Shown here piece after piece: positions 11,715 to 24,370 of a DNA stretch of 64,000 nt (positions are counted from its first letter, which is position 1; every line of letters begins with the position of its first letter). The notes below the pieces were generated by a model. That model ran no database searches and was not told the DNA's origin. It was given only the letters and a program-made list of their open reading frames with translations. A program made the translations under genes and the position numbers. The DNA is from Balanoglossus misakiensis (taxonomy: Eukaryota > Animalia > Hemichordata): positions 1,364,001 through 1,428,000 of the forward strand of contig CM082598.2 in NCBI GenBank assembly GCA_040954595.2, read 5' to 3'.

Positions 11715-12428
11715 ATGCGCACTAAGAGGCGTGTTGAAAGTCAGTCTCTAGCGCTCATAAACTTATCCAAAAGAGTCAACTACTGGATGCAGTTTGCTGA
11801 AATGTGAACCTGGAAGAACGCGACGTTTACTTCGCCATCACGCAGTGCAGATTCATCTCATAACGGGGAAAAAGGTAAAACACGCACTTTCTTGTCACTA
11901 CATCAGAAAAATCGGGAGTATTTCGATAGATATCCAGACTTATTTTATTGTTTTTATTTTCTCTCTGAAATGTGTGCGGTTTTTATTATGCCAGAATTGT
12001 CTTCTAGGCCTATGATTGAAAAAAAGTGTCTAGAAAGGGCTTAAGTTTTCCTCTCGGAAGCGTTTTACTCGAAACTCGTGCAATTTTTTTATATCTCGGC
12101 GCAAGTCTAGAAATTTCCCAAGATCAATCCTACCAAGCTTGTAATCATGTCCCTTTTTCTTAACGTACACCCGAAAGTGGTCTGACACCAGTGTGGATAG
12201 TGAATAGCCCTTTATACTTCTCTTTTCCTATTTATCGTTTTCTTCTCAATTACCCCTTACGGAATCACCGTCTTTGCCTGCCAAATGGTGCGAGTTCCCG
12301 CATGAATAAGTGCTTGAACCGGTCTGAAACTTTCGGAAATCGTGGACGGCTCTTGCTGTCGGAACCGAGGAACTTCAGGCTGTGGAAATTGTTGCCTATA
12401 CAGACCCAGACGGGAACTTAACGAAACG
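11715..12428 (+). pseudogene. Decayed two-exon gene fragment of unknown family (11715-11874, 12263-12428)
   Basis: ATG 11715, donor aag|gtaaaa (phase 1), long pyrimidine tract ending ttacgg (cag mutated to cgg), phase-compatible second exon ending in donor acg|gtgagt; three in-frame stops. Confidence 0.4.
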
Positions 12429-12472
12429 GTGAGTTGTAATTGTACGAATATTTTCAAACTCGTCGATAATTC

Positions 12473-13288
12473 AAATTGCACACGTGCCAACCAAGTTACA
12501 CGGAATCACACTGTACGGATTATGAAGTGTAATATCAGGCGTGTGAATATTGTCACCCATGAGGCAAGATGCATGAATATACTTTGATTGTCGCATGCAA
12601 ATTACTCGACATGTTGGAGGTCCGACCCAGAAGGTGTATTGTGCAGGGTACTTTTACGAAGTTGAATATTTCTCTACGATTAATACAGTAATCACTAGCT
12701 TGCAAAAGGACACTCCGCTTTACTTCTGTCGTATCTTTTTTCATTTTGTTGTTTGGTACAACTTGAGAAAGTCGACATGATTCCAAACTACTTTGTCGCA
12801 TGCTTACACTTGGTAGTTCGCGCCTCGGAAGGGTTTTCAGAAAATTGATAATCCTCTAGGGCTTTCAACTCTTGGTATCTTAAATTGCACACTTGCCAAC
12901 TAAGTTACACGGAATCACACTATACGCATTATGAAGTGTAATATCGGGCGTGTGAATATTGTCACCCATGAGGCAAGATGCATGAATATACTTTGATTGT
13001 CGCATGCAAATTACTCGACATGTTGGAGGTCCGACCCAGAAGGTGTATTGTGCCAGGGTACTTTTACAAAGTTGAATATTTCTCTTCGATTAATTCAGTA
13101 ATCACTCGCTTGCAAAAGAACACTCCGCTGTACTTCTGTCGTATCTTTTTTCATGTTGTTGTTTGGTACAACTTGAGAAAGTCGACATATTTCCAAACTA
13201 CTTTGTCGCATGTTTACTCTTGGTAGTTTGCGAAGGGTTTTCAGAAAATTGATAATCCTCTAGGGCTTTCAACTCTTGGTATCTTAAA
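12473..13288. repeat. Two-copy tandem duplication, ~409-bp period
   Basis: aaattgcacac..gccaac.aagttacacgg starts at 12473 and 12882; the copies align throughout. Confidence 0.9.
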
Positions 13289-13424
13289 ATGAGTGAAAAG
13301 TCTTTGAAATTCTCAAACATTTTCATACCCACCAAAATAAACTTATTTCTTTGACAGCTAACATTGAACCCGATTGGTCGGCGTCCATCTACCATTGTGA
13401 AGCACTGGGCTACTTGACTCGGTG

Positions 13425-16400
13425 GAATGCCTCGTTGTGGAAATTCTCATCAGGAATCATCGTACTTTGTTCCATTTATAAGGCGAGTTTTCTTTTGCGT
13501 TATTACCCCCCTCCCCCCTCGCTTGCCCCTCCTATCTACTCCCTTGTGAATGCTTCAAGGGATTGTTCAATACTTTAGATGAATTGGTATACTGACCATA
13601 GAACATTGTTCGTCAAACAGGCTGAAAATGGTCTAACTTAAGTGTTGTAGCAAAGGGCAATACGTAGCTTAATTCTTCTAGCACTGGTTTAGTGAAGGTA
13701 GAAGACCCTTGAAAATAACTACATTGTATTTTTATCGTAATTTGATCAAAACAACTTTACATTTTTTCGTCGTGGAAATTAAACAACAAATTAGTGGGAA
13801 GTGCAAAGGTAAAACAAGAGGGAAATTGACTCGAATTTGATATTCAAAATGGCTGCTGAATTCAATGACGAAGTTTGGGAGAAATATTCAAATTAATGAT
13901 TGTTTTTAAAATAATACGGTTAACAACGTTTTCTTCCTCAAACACTGTAATATAGCTTAACTTTATAAGGTGTCAGAATGTTTAAAAGTTGGACTCAAAA
14001 ATAGTGCTAAATGTAAAACAGTTAGGCTGTTTTTAATGCCATATTCAAAATGGCCGCCAATTTTTATGTGACTTTGAGAGAAAATTTAAATTGATAAATT
14101 TTATGAAAAAGATTGTGAACACGGTTTTCTTGCTTTTTCCCAAAAGATTCCCCACACAATTTAATTTTACCAAGATTTGTTTTAGACGTTAATTTTTCTG
14201 GAAAACCCGCACCTGAGCCATGTTTTACTAAAAAGGCACTGTTCAAAAATCGCAACTTTTTCTTGTATTTAGATCCAAGAAAATTTACAATGTTTTCTTA
14301 TTAAAAGTTAGACAATAAATTAGTGATAAGTGTAAAGATAGGTGGAGAGGGGAAAATTGTTTTAAATTAAATGTTCAAAATGGCCGCCAATTTCTGCGAC
14401 ATAATTTAAATTGATAATTTTTATGAACATTCCGTTTTCTTGCTTGTTTTCCAGACACTTTAATTTTACCAAGATTTGTAAAGTTTTTAGAAACAAGTTT
14501 AGAATGTTCTCTTTACAAGACTAAAACTTGGACAAAAAATCATGCTAACTTTACAAAAGTTAGGTTGAGAGAATAAAATTGTCAGAGTTGATATTCAAAA
14601 TGGCCACCATTTTCCATGTTGACTTTAGGGAGAAAATTTAAATTGACTTTTATTAAAATAAGATGAACACTACATATTTCTGCATGTTTTCCAAACTATT
14701 TTAGCACACTTTAATAGAGTCAGATTTTGAAAGCTTTCAGACTATCATTTTTTTTGTTTAACATGAAAATTAAAGACTTTGATTAGGCTGTTTTTAATTC
14801 CATATTCAAAATGGCCGCCAATTTTTATGTGACTTTGAGAGAAAATTTAAATTGATAAATTTTATGAAAAAAATTGTGAACACGGTTTTCTAGCTTTTTT
14901 ACCAAAAAATTCCCCGCACAATTTAATTTTACCAAGATTTGTTTTAGACATTCATTTTTCTGGAAAACCTGCACCTGAGCCATGTTTTACTAAAAAGGCA
15001 CTGTTCAAAAATCGCAACTTTTTCTTGTATTTAGATCCAAAAAAGTTTACTATGTTTTCTTATTAAAAGTTAGACAAAAAATTAGTGATAACTGTAAAAA
15101 TAGGTGGAGAGGGGAAAATTGTTTTAAATTAAATATTCAAAATGGCCGCCAATTTCTGCGACATAATTTAAATTGATAATTTTTATGAACATTCCGTTTT
15201 CTTGCTTGTTTTCCAGACACTTTAATTTTACCAAGATTTGTAAAGTGTTTAGAAATAAGTTTAGAATGTTCTCTTTACGAGACTAAAATTTGGACAAAAA
15301 ATCATGCTAACTTTACAAAAGTTAGGTTGAGAGAATAAAATTGCCAGAGTTGATATTCAAAATGGCCACCATTTTCTATGTTGACTTGGGGAGAAAATTT
15401 AAATTGACTTTTATTAAAATAAGATGAAAACTACATATTTCTGCAAGTATTCCAAAATATTTTAGCACACTTTAATAGACTCAGATTTTGAAAGCTTTCA
15501 GACTATCAATAGTTTTGTTTAATATATAGTTTTGTTTAATATGAAAATTAAGGACTTTTATTTTCAAGATTCATACTATCTAAGTTTAGATCAACAACTG
15601 TGCCCTATGTATAAATTGTGTGAAATGTGAAAATTAAAATGGCTGTCAAAATTGGTTAGTCTAAGAAACAAAACTTAAAATCAAAATGGCCGCCAAGAAT
15701 GTCTCTTCTAATAGTATGTAGACAAGTAATGAATCTCTAAAACAATCTCGGTAAAATTAAAATGTGTGGGGAATATTTTGGGAAAAAAGCAAGAAAACCA
15801 TGTCCACAATCTTTTTCATACAATTTATCAATTTAAATTTTCTCTCAAAGTCACATAATCTTAGATCAATGACGGGACAATGTAGTTAATTTAAATACAA
15901 CATGACTTAGTCTCTTATGTCACTTTTGAATCTCTTTTACTGCAGTAAATTTTTTAATTACAACTCCAGTTTTTGAGATGACTTGATATTTTAGAGTTTT
16001 GATCAACAACTGTGCCCAATGTAGAAATAGATAAATTGCGTGAAATGTGAAAATCAAAATTGGTTAGTCTAAGAAACAAAAATCAAAATGGCCGCCACGA
16101 ATGTCTCTTCTAATTGTATGTAGACAAGTAATGATTGTTACTAAGACATAGTCAATTCAGTTGTCTTGATTTCTAAGATGTGTTGATTGCAGCAACACTT
16201 TAAAACCAATTTCAATATAGTTGATTTCAGAGATGTCTTTGAAAATATTTCTTAAAACAATAAAAACCTAAAAGTTAAGATAGGAATCACACATAATTGG
16301 TGTATCTATTATCATTTTAACATTTATTTAAAATGAATTAAATGGCATATTTTATACATGATCTTAGGTCAATGACAGGACAATGTAGTTAATTTAAATA

Positions 16401-18350
16401 CAACATGACTTAGTCTCTTATGTCACTTTTGAATGTCTTTTACTGCAGTAATTTTTTTTATTTCAACTCCAGTTTTTGAGATGACTTGATATTTTAGAGT
16501 TTTGATCAACAACTGTGCCCAATGTAGAAAGAGATAAATTGCGTGAAATGTGAAAATCAAAATTGGTTAGTCTAAGAAACAAAAATCAAAATGGCCGCCA
16601 CGAATATCTCTTCTAATTGTATGTAGACAAGTAATGATTTTTAGAAAGACATAGTCAATTCAGTTGTCTTGATTTCTAAGTTGTGTTGATAGTAACAACA
16701 CTTTAAAACCAATTTCAATATAGTTGATTTCAGAGATGTCTTTGAAGATTTTTCTTAAAACAATAAAAACCTAAAAGTTAAGATAGGAATCACACGTAAT
16801 TGGTGTATCTATTATCATTTTAACATTTATTTAAAATCAATTAAATGGCATATTTTATGCATGATCTTAGGTCAATGATAGGACAATGTAGTTAATTTAA
16901 ATGCAACATGACTTAATCTCTTGTGTCACTTTTGAATTTCTTTACTGCAGTAAATATTTTTTTATTACAACCCGTTTTTGAGATAACTTGATATTTTAGA
17001 ATCATAAATGAATTGTTCTGTCCTTGTTTGACAATATCTTCTTTCTTATACTTGAGGTGCCTTTACTTGGTGGGATGTCTCGTTGTGGAAATTCTCATCA
17101 GGAGTCATCATACTTTGTTTGGGAGGTGAGTTTTTTTTGCGTTATTACCCCCCTCCCCCTACCTACTCCCTTGTGAATGCTTCGAGCGATTTTTCAATAC
17201 TTAGTTTAGATGAATTGGTATACTGGCTAGAACATTGTTCATAGAAAGGCTGAAAATGGGCTTACTTTAAGTGTTGTAGCAAAGGGCAATACGTAGCTTA
17301 ATTCTCCAAGCACTAGTTTAGTGAAGGTAGAAGGCGGAACCCTTGAAAATAATATTTTATTTATTATAATTTGATCAAAAGAACTTTACATTGTTTGGAC
17401 AACAAATTAGTGGCAAGTGCAAAAGATAAAATAAGACAGAAATTGGCTCAAAATTGATATTCAAAATGGCTGCTGAATTCTATAACGACGTTTGGGAGAA
17501 AAATTCAAATTAATGATTGTTATTAAATGAGACGGCAAACGGTTTTCTTCCTCGAACACTCTAATGTAGCTTAACTTTATAAGGTGTCAGAATGTTTAAA
17601 AGTTGGACTCAAAAATAGTGCTAACAGTAACAGCTAACAGTTAGGCTGTTTTTAAAGCCATATTCAAAATGGCTGCCAATTTTTATGCGACTTTGAGAGA
17701 AAATTTAAATTGATAAATTTAACATGGTTTTCTTGCTTTTTTCCCAAAAGATTGCCCACACAATTTAGTTTTACCAAGATTTGTTTTAGAGAATCAGTTT
17801 TTTTGGAAAACCTATACCTGAGCCATGTTTTACTAAAAAGGCTCTGTTCAAAAATCGCAACTTTTTCTTGTATTTAGATCCAAAAAAGTTTACAATGTTT
17901 TCTCTTAAAAAGTTAGACTAAAGAAAGCTACTCTGTATCTTAATTGGAACAAGTTTAGAATGTTGTCTTTAAAAGACTAAAACTTAGACAAAATATGCTT
18001 TCCAAAATATTCCACGCACACTTTAATAGACTCAGATTTGAAAGGTTTCAGACTATCAATAGTTTTGTTTAATATGAAAATAAAAGACTTTTATTTTCAA
18101 GAATCAAAATGGCTGTCAAAATTGGTTAGTCTAAGAAAAAAAACACTTAAAATCAAAATGGCCGCCACGAATGTCTGTTGTAATTGTATGTAGACAAGTA
18201 ATCAATCTCTAAAACAGCCTAACTTTATAGTTAGCACTATTTTTGAGTCCAACTTTTAAACATTCTGACACCTTTCAAAGTTGAGCTATATTAGAGTGTT
18301 TGAGGAAGAAAACTGCTCGCCGTCTAATTTTAATAACAATCATTTTTACG
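13425..18350. repeat. Mosaic of AT-rich segmental duplications with recurrent AAAATGGC(C/T)GCC motif
   Basis: ~760-bp tandem (14022/14783); ~505-bp tandem (~15860/16365); 13425-14310 repeated at ~17075-17920; inverted pieces 15740-15858 and 18210-18345; about 15 aaaatggc motifs. Confidence 0.8.
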
Positions 18351-18382
18351 AAGACAGGATGGTCAGTTCAGTTGTCTTGATT

Positions 18383-19197
18383 TAATCATAGGGGGGCAGC
18401 TTAGGTGTATGTAGTGGGGGGTAACTTAGCTTAGTCGAGTTTAATGATAGGGGGGTAACTTAGGTGTATGTAGTGGGGGGGGGGGGTAACTTAGGTTAGT
18501 CGAATTTAATGATAGGGGGCTAGCTTAGGTGTATGTAGTGGGGTGTAACTTAGCTTAGTCGAGTTTAATGATAGGGGAGGGGGAACTTAGGTGTATGTAG
18601 TGGGGGGTAACTTAGTCTAAGGTTAGATGTATGTAGTGGGGGGTAACTTAGCTTAGGGTAGTCGACTTGAATGATAGGGGGTAGCTTAGGTGTATGTAGT
18701 GGGGGGTAACTTAGGGCAGTCGAGTTTAATCATAGGGGGGGTAACTTAGTCGTATGTAGTAACTTAGTCTAAGCTTAGATGTATGTAGTGGGGGGTAACT
18801 TAGCTTAGTCGAGTTTAATGATAGGGGGGGTAGCTTAGGTGTATGTAGTGGGGGGTAACTTAGGGCTGTCGAGTTTAATCATAGGGGGGCAACTTAGTCG
18901 TATGTAGAAACTTAGTCTAAGCTTAGATGTATGTAGTGGGGGGTAACTTAGCTTAGTCGAGTTTAATGATAGGGGGGTAGCTTAGGTGTATGTAGTGGGG
19001 GGGGTAGCTTAGCTTAGTCGAGTTTAATCATAGGGGGGTAGCTTAGGTGTATGTAGTGGGGGGTAACTTAGCTTAGTCGAGTTTAATGATAGGGAGGGGT
19101 AGCTTAGGTGTATGTAGTGGGGGGTAACTTAGCTTAGTTGAGTTTAATGATAGGGGGGTAGCTTAGGTGTATGTAGTGGGGGTAACTTAGCTTAGTT
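18383..19197 (+). repeat. G-rich satellite, reverse complement of the 25.5-32.4 kb family
   Basis: ttaggtgtatgtagtgggggg and taacttagcttagtcgagtttaatgatagggg units. Confidence 0.9.
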
Positions 19198-19385
19198 GAT
19201 TTCAAAGATGTCTCTGAAGATTTTTCTTAAAAGAATGCAAACATAAAAGTTAAGATAGGAATCACACAAAATTGGTGTATCTATTATTTTAACATTTATT
19301 TAAAATCAAAGAAATAGAATATTTTGTACATGATCTTAGGTCAATGACAGGACAATGTAGTAAATTTAAATACAGCATGACTTGA

Positions 19386-19690
19386 AGGGACAAAGTCTCT
19401 CTCTCGCAGCCCTTTTTCCGTCAATTATGTTTGATACAAGACACCATTTATGTTAGTCTACATGTGGATATATAGTGAATCAGTATTCGAACACACACAA
19501 CTTCTATCCCATTTGTAGGTTATGACAGTAAAAACTTCGCAAGTTTTTCACTGTCGTATCTACAAGCAGGGTGGAAGATGTGTGTGGTTGAACGTTGATT
19601 CACTATGTATCCACATGTAGAATAACATTAATGGTGTCTTGTATCAAACAGAATTTGATGGAAAAGGGCTGAGAGAGAGACTTTGTCCCT
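19386..19690. mobile_element. TTAA-target (Kolobok-like) MITE, family A, full length
   Basis: ttga|agggacaaagtctctctctc ... gagagagagactttgtccct|ttaa; empty-site paralog catgacttaatctcttg at ~16907-16923. Confidence 0.85.
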
Positions 19691-19891
19691 TTAATCTCTT
19701 GTGTCACTTTTGAATTTCTTTAGTGCAGTGAATTTTTTTATTACAACCCCAGTTTTTGAGATGACTTGAAATTTTAGAATCATAAATGAATTGTTCTGTC
19801 CTTGTTTGACAATATCTTCTTTCTTATACTTGTAGGTGCCTGTTGTTTCCGGTGGGGACTTGGTATAAATGCTGATCGAAGTCGTACCAAT

Positions 19892-20870
19892 CCAGCCATC
19901 TTGACCTGAAGTGAAGGAGATATGAAGTTAATATTAGTTGTTGCCATTTTGTGTATTGACTTCAATTGCAAGCCTGTATCTTGTTTTTATCATTAGACTT
20001 AGGGTCATTAGACTTAGGGTCAATAAACTTGGATTTATAAGACTGGTAAGAAGACCTTAAGACTGGTAAGAAGACCTTACGACCAGAAAGAAGTTCTTAA
20101 GCTCAACTTTAGCAATTTAGCACTTTAGCAATTTAGCCATCTTGATCTGAAGCGAAGGAGATATGAAGTTAATATTGGTTGTTGCCATTTTGTGTATTGA
20201 CTTCTGTATCATTTTATTGTTGAAAACTGTCAGCCTGAGCTTACATTTGAGATCCTGTTTGTTGACAATTTGCAAGCCTGTATCTTGTTTTTATCATTAG
20301 ACTTAGGGTCATTAGACGTAGGGTCAATAGACTTGGATTTATAAGACTGGTAAGAAGACCTTACGACCAGTAAGAAGTTATTAAGCTCAACTTTAGAAAT
20401 TTAGCACTTTAGCCATCTTGATCTGAAGTGAAGGAGATATGAAGTTAACATTAGTTGATGCCATTTTGTGTATTGACTTCTGTATCATTTTATTGTTGAA
20501 AACTGTCAGCCTGTATTTGGTATTTACATTTACTGCTGTTTCTTATATTTGAGATCCTGTTTCTTGACAATTTGCAAGCCTGTATCTTGATTTTATCATT
20601 AGACATAGGGCCATTAGACTTAGGGTCTTTAGACTTAGGGTCACTAAACTTGGATTTATAAGACTGGTAAGAAGACCTTGAGACTGGTAAGAAGACCTTA
20701 GGACCGGTAAGAAGTACATACGACCGGTAAGAAGTTCTTAAGCTCAACTTTTTTAGAATTAGGGTCCTAACACTTAGACTTGTTTAGACTTTAGAGATCC
20801 TGTTTCTTGACAATTTGCAAGCCTGTATCTTGATTTTATCATTAGACATAGGGCCATTAGACTTTATGAG
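19892..20870. repeat. ~240-290-bp tandem repeat containing cattagacttagggt and gactggtaagaagaccttaa subrepeats
   Basis: agccatcttga.ctgaag.gaaggagatatgaagttaa at ~19893, ~20134 and ~20411. Confidence 0.85.
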
Positions 20871-22240
20871 ACTTAGGGTCATAACACTTAGCCTTTTTGA
20901 GACTTAGACTTTTTTAGACTTAGTCTTTTTGAGACTTAGACTTTTTTAGACTTAGCCTTTTTGAGACTTAGACTTTTTTAGACTTAAACTTTTTGAGACT
21001 TAGGGTCATAAGACTTAGATTTTTTGAGACTTAGGGTCATAAGACTTAGGGTCATAAGACTTAGACTTTTTTAGACTTAGTCTTTTTGAGACTTAGACTT
21101 TTTTAGACTTAGTCTTTTTGAGACTTAGACTTTTTTAGACTTAGTCTTTTTGAGACTTAGACTTTTTTAGACTTAGCCTTTTTGAGACTTAGACTTTTTT
21201 AGACTTAAACTTTTTGAGACTTAGGGTCATAAGACTTAGATTTTTTGAGACTTAGGGTCATAAGACTTAGGGTCATAAGACTTAGACTTTTTTAGACTTA
21301 GTCTTTTTGAGACTTAGACTTTTTTAGACTTAGTCTTTTTGAGACTTAGACTTTTTTAGACTTAGCCTTTTTGAGACTTAGACTTTTTTAGACTTAAACT
21401 TTTTTTAGAATTAAACTTTTTTTAGACTTAAACTTTTTTTAGACTTAGGGTCATTAGACTTTTTGAGACTTAGGGTCATAACACTTAGCCTTTTTGAGAC
21501 TTAGACTTTTTAGACTTAGCCTTTTTGAGACTTAGACTCTTTTTTAGACTTAGCCTTTTTGAGACTTAGACTTTTTTAGACTTAAACTTTTTGAGACTTA
21601 GGGTCATAAGACTTAGATTTTTTGAGACTTAGGGTCATAAGACTTAGGGTCATAAGACTTAGACTTTTTTTAGACTTAAACTTTTTTTAGACTTAGGGTC
21701 ATTAGACTTTTTGAGACTTAGGGTCATAACACTTAGCCTTTTTGAGACTTAGACTTTTTTAGACTGAAACTTTTTTTTGACTTAAACTTTTTTTAGACTT
21801 AGGGTCATTAGACTTTATGAGACTTAATGTCATAACACTTAGCCTTTTTGAGACTTAGACTTTTTAGACTTAGCCTTTTTGAGACTTAGACTTTTTTAGA
21901 CTTAGCCTTTTTGAGACTTAGACTTTTTTAGACTTAAACTTTTTGAGACTTAGGGTCATAAGACTTAGATTTTTTGAGACTTAGGGTCATAAGACTTAGA
22001 CTTTTTTAGACTTAAACTTTTTTTAGACTTAGGGTCATAAGACTTAGGGTCATTAGACTTTTTGAGACTTAGGGTCATAACACTTAGCCTTTTTGAGACT
22101 TAGACTTTTTTAGACTTAAACTTTTTGAGACTTAGGGTCATAAGACTTAGCCTTTTTGAGACTTAGACTTTTTTAGACTTAAACTTTTTGAGACTTAGGG
22201 TCATAAGACTTAAACTTTTTGAGACTTAGGGTCATAAGAG
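20865..22240 (+). repeat. T-rich GACTTAG satellite
   Basis: Units gagacttagacttttt, gacttagggtcataa and gacttagcctttt, irregularly shuffled. Confidence 0.9.
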
Positions 22241-22300
22241 TCATAGGTCAAGACATAGGTCATAAGAGTCATAGGTCATAGGTCATAGGTCATAGGTCAA

Positions 22301-24370
22301 GACTAAGACTAAGACTAAGACTAAGACTAAGACTAAGACTAAGACTAAGACTAAGACTAAGACTAAGACTAAGACTAAGACTAAGACTAAGACTAAGACT
22401 AAGACTAAGACTAAGACTAAGACTAAGACTAAGACTAAGACTAAGACTAAGACTCAGTCTCAGTCTCAGTCTCAGTCTCAGTCTCAGTCTCAGTCTCAGT
22501 CTCAGTCTCAGTCTCAGTCTCAGTCTCAGTCTCAGTCTCAGTCTCAGTCTCAGTCTCAGTCTCAGTCTCAGTCTCAGTCTCAGTCTCAGTCTCAGTCTCA
22601 GTCTAAGTCTAAGTCTAAGTCTAAGTCTAAGTCTAAGTCTAAGTCTAAGTCTAAGTCTAAGTCTAAGTCTAAGTCTAAGTCTAAGTCTAAGTCTAAGTCT
22701 AAGTCTAAGTCTAAGTCTAAGTCTAAGTCTAAGTCTAAGTCTAAGTCTAAGTCTAAGTCTAAGTCTAAGTCTAAGTCTAAGTCTAAGTCTAAGTCTAAGT
22801 CTAAGTCTAAGTCTAAGTCTAAGTCTAAGTCTAAGTCTAAGTCTAAGTCTAAGTCTAAGTCTAAGTCTAAGTCTAAGTCTAAGTCTAAGTCTAAGTCTAA
22901 GTCTAAGTCTAAGTCTAAGTCTAAGTCTAAGTCTAAGTCTAAGTCTAAGTCTAAGTCTAAGTCTAAGTCTAAGTCTAAGTCTAAGTCTAAGTCTAAGTCT
23001 AAGTCTAAGTCTAAGTCTAAGTCTAAGTCTAAGTCTAAGTCTAAGTCTAAGTCTAAGTCTAAGTCTAAGTCTAAGTCTAAGTCTAAGTCTAAGTCTAAGT
23101 CTAAGTCTAAGTCTAAGTCTAAGTCTAAGTCTAAGTCTAAGTCTAAGTCTAAGTCTAAGTCTAAGTCTAAGTCTAAGTCTAAGTCTAAGTCTAAGTCTAA
23201 GTCTAAGTCTAAGTCTAAGTCTAAGTCTAAGTCTAAGTCTAAGTCTAAGTCTAAGTCTAAGTCTAAGTCTAAGTCTAAGTCTAAGTCTAAGTCTAAGTCT
23301 AAGTCTAAGTCTAAGTCTAAGTCTAAGTCTAAGTCTAAGTCTAAGTCTAAGTCTAAGTCTAAGTCTAAGTCTAAGTCTAAGTCTAAGTCTAAGTCTAAGT
23401 CTAAGTCTAAGTCTAAGTCTACTTCTACTTCTACTTCTACTTCTACTTCTACTTCTACTTCTACTTCTACTTCTACTTCTACTTCTACTTCTACTTCTAC
23501 TTCTACTTCTACTTCTACTTCTACTTCTACTTCTACTTCTACTTCTACTTCTACTTCTACTTCTACTTCTACTTCTACTTCTACTTCTACTTCTACTTCT
23601 ACTTCTACTTCTACTTCTACTTCTACTTCTACTTCTACTTCTACTTCTACTTCTACTTCTACTTCTACTTCTACTTCTACTTCTACTTCTACTTCTACTT
23701 CTACTTCTACTTCTACTTCTACTTCTACTTCTACTTCTACTTCTACTTCTACTTCTACTTCTACTTCTACTTCTACTTCTACTTCTACTTCTACTTCTAC
23801 TTCTACTTCTACTTCTACTTCTACTTCTACTTCTACTTCTACTTCTACTTCTACTTCTACTTCTACTTCTACTTCTACTTCTACTTCTACTTCTACTTCT
23901 ACTTATACTTCTACTTCTACTTATACTTATACTTATACTTATACTTATACTTATACTTATACTTCTACTTCTACTTCTACTTCTACTTATACTTATACTT
24001 ATACTTATACTTATACTTATACTTATACTTATACTTATACTTCTACTTCTACTTCTACTTCTACTTCTACTTCTACTTCTACTTCTACTTCTACTTATAC
24101 TTCTACTTCTACTTCTACTTCTACTTATACTTATACTTATACTTATACTTATACTTATACTTATACTTATACTTATACTTATACTTATACTTATACTTAT
24201 ACTTATACTTATACTTATACTTATACTTATACTTATACTTATACTTATACTTATACTTATACTTATACTTATACTTATACTTATACTTATACTTATACTT
24301 ATACTTATACTTATACTTATACTTATACTTATACTTATACTTATACTTATACTTATACTTATACTTATAC
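22301..24370. repeat. Compound in-phase hexamer microsatellite: (GACTAA)25, (GTCTCA)24, (GTCTAA)136, (TTCTAC)80, mixed zone, (TTATAC)41
   Basis: Counted from line phase; 2,070 bp = 345 units with no indel. Confidence 0.95.

Noticed and set aside
12553-13395. Short ORFs in the 409-bp duplication
   Set aside because: Frames are not preserved between the two copies.
19990-22240. Canonical interstitial telomere
   Set aside because: TTAGGG occurs only singly within gacttagggtc units, never in tandem.
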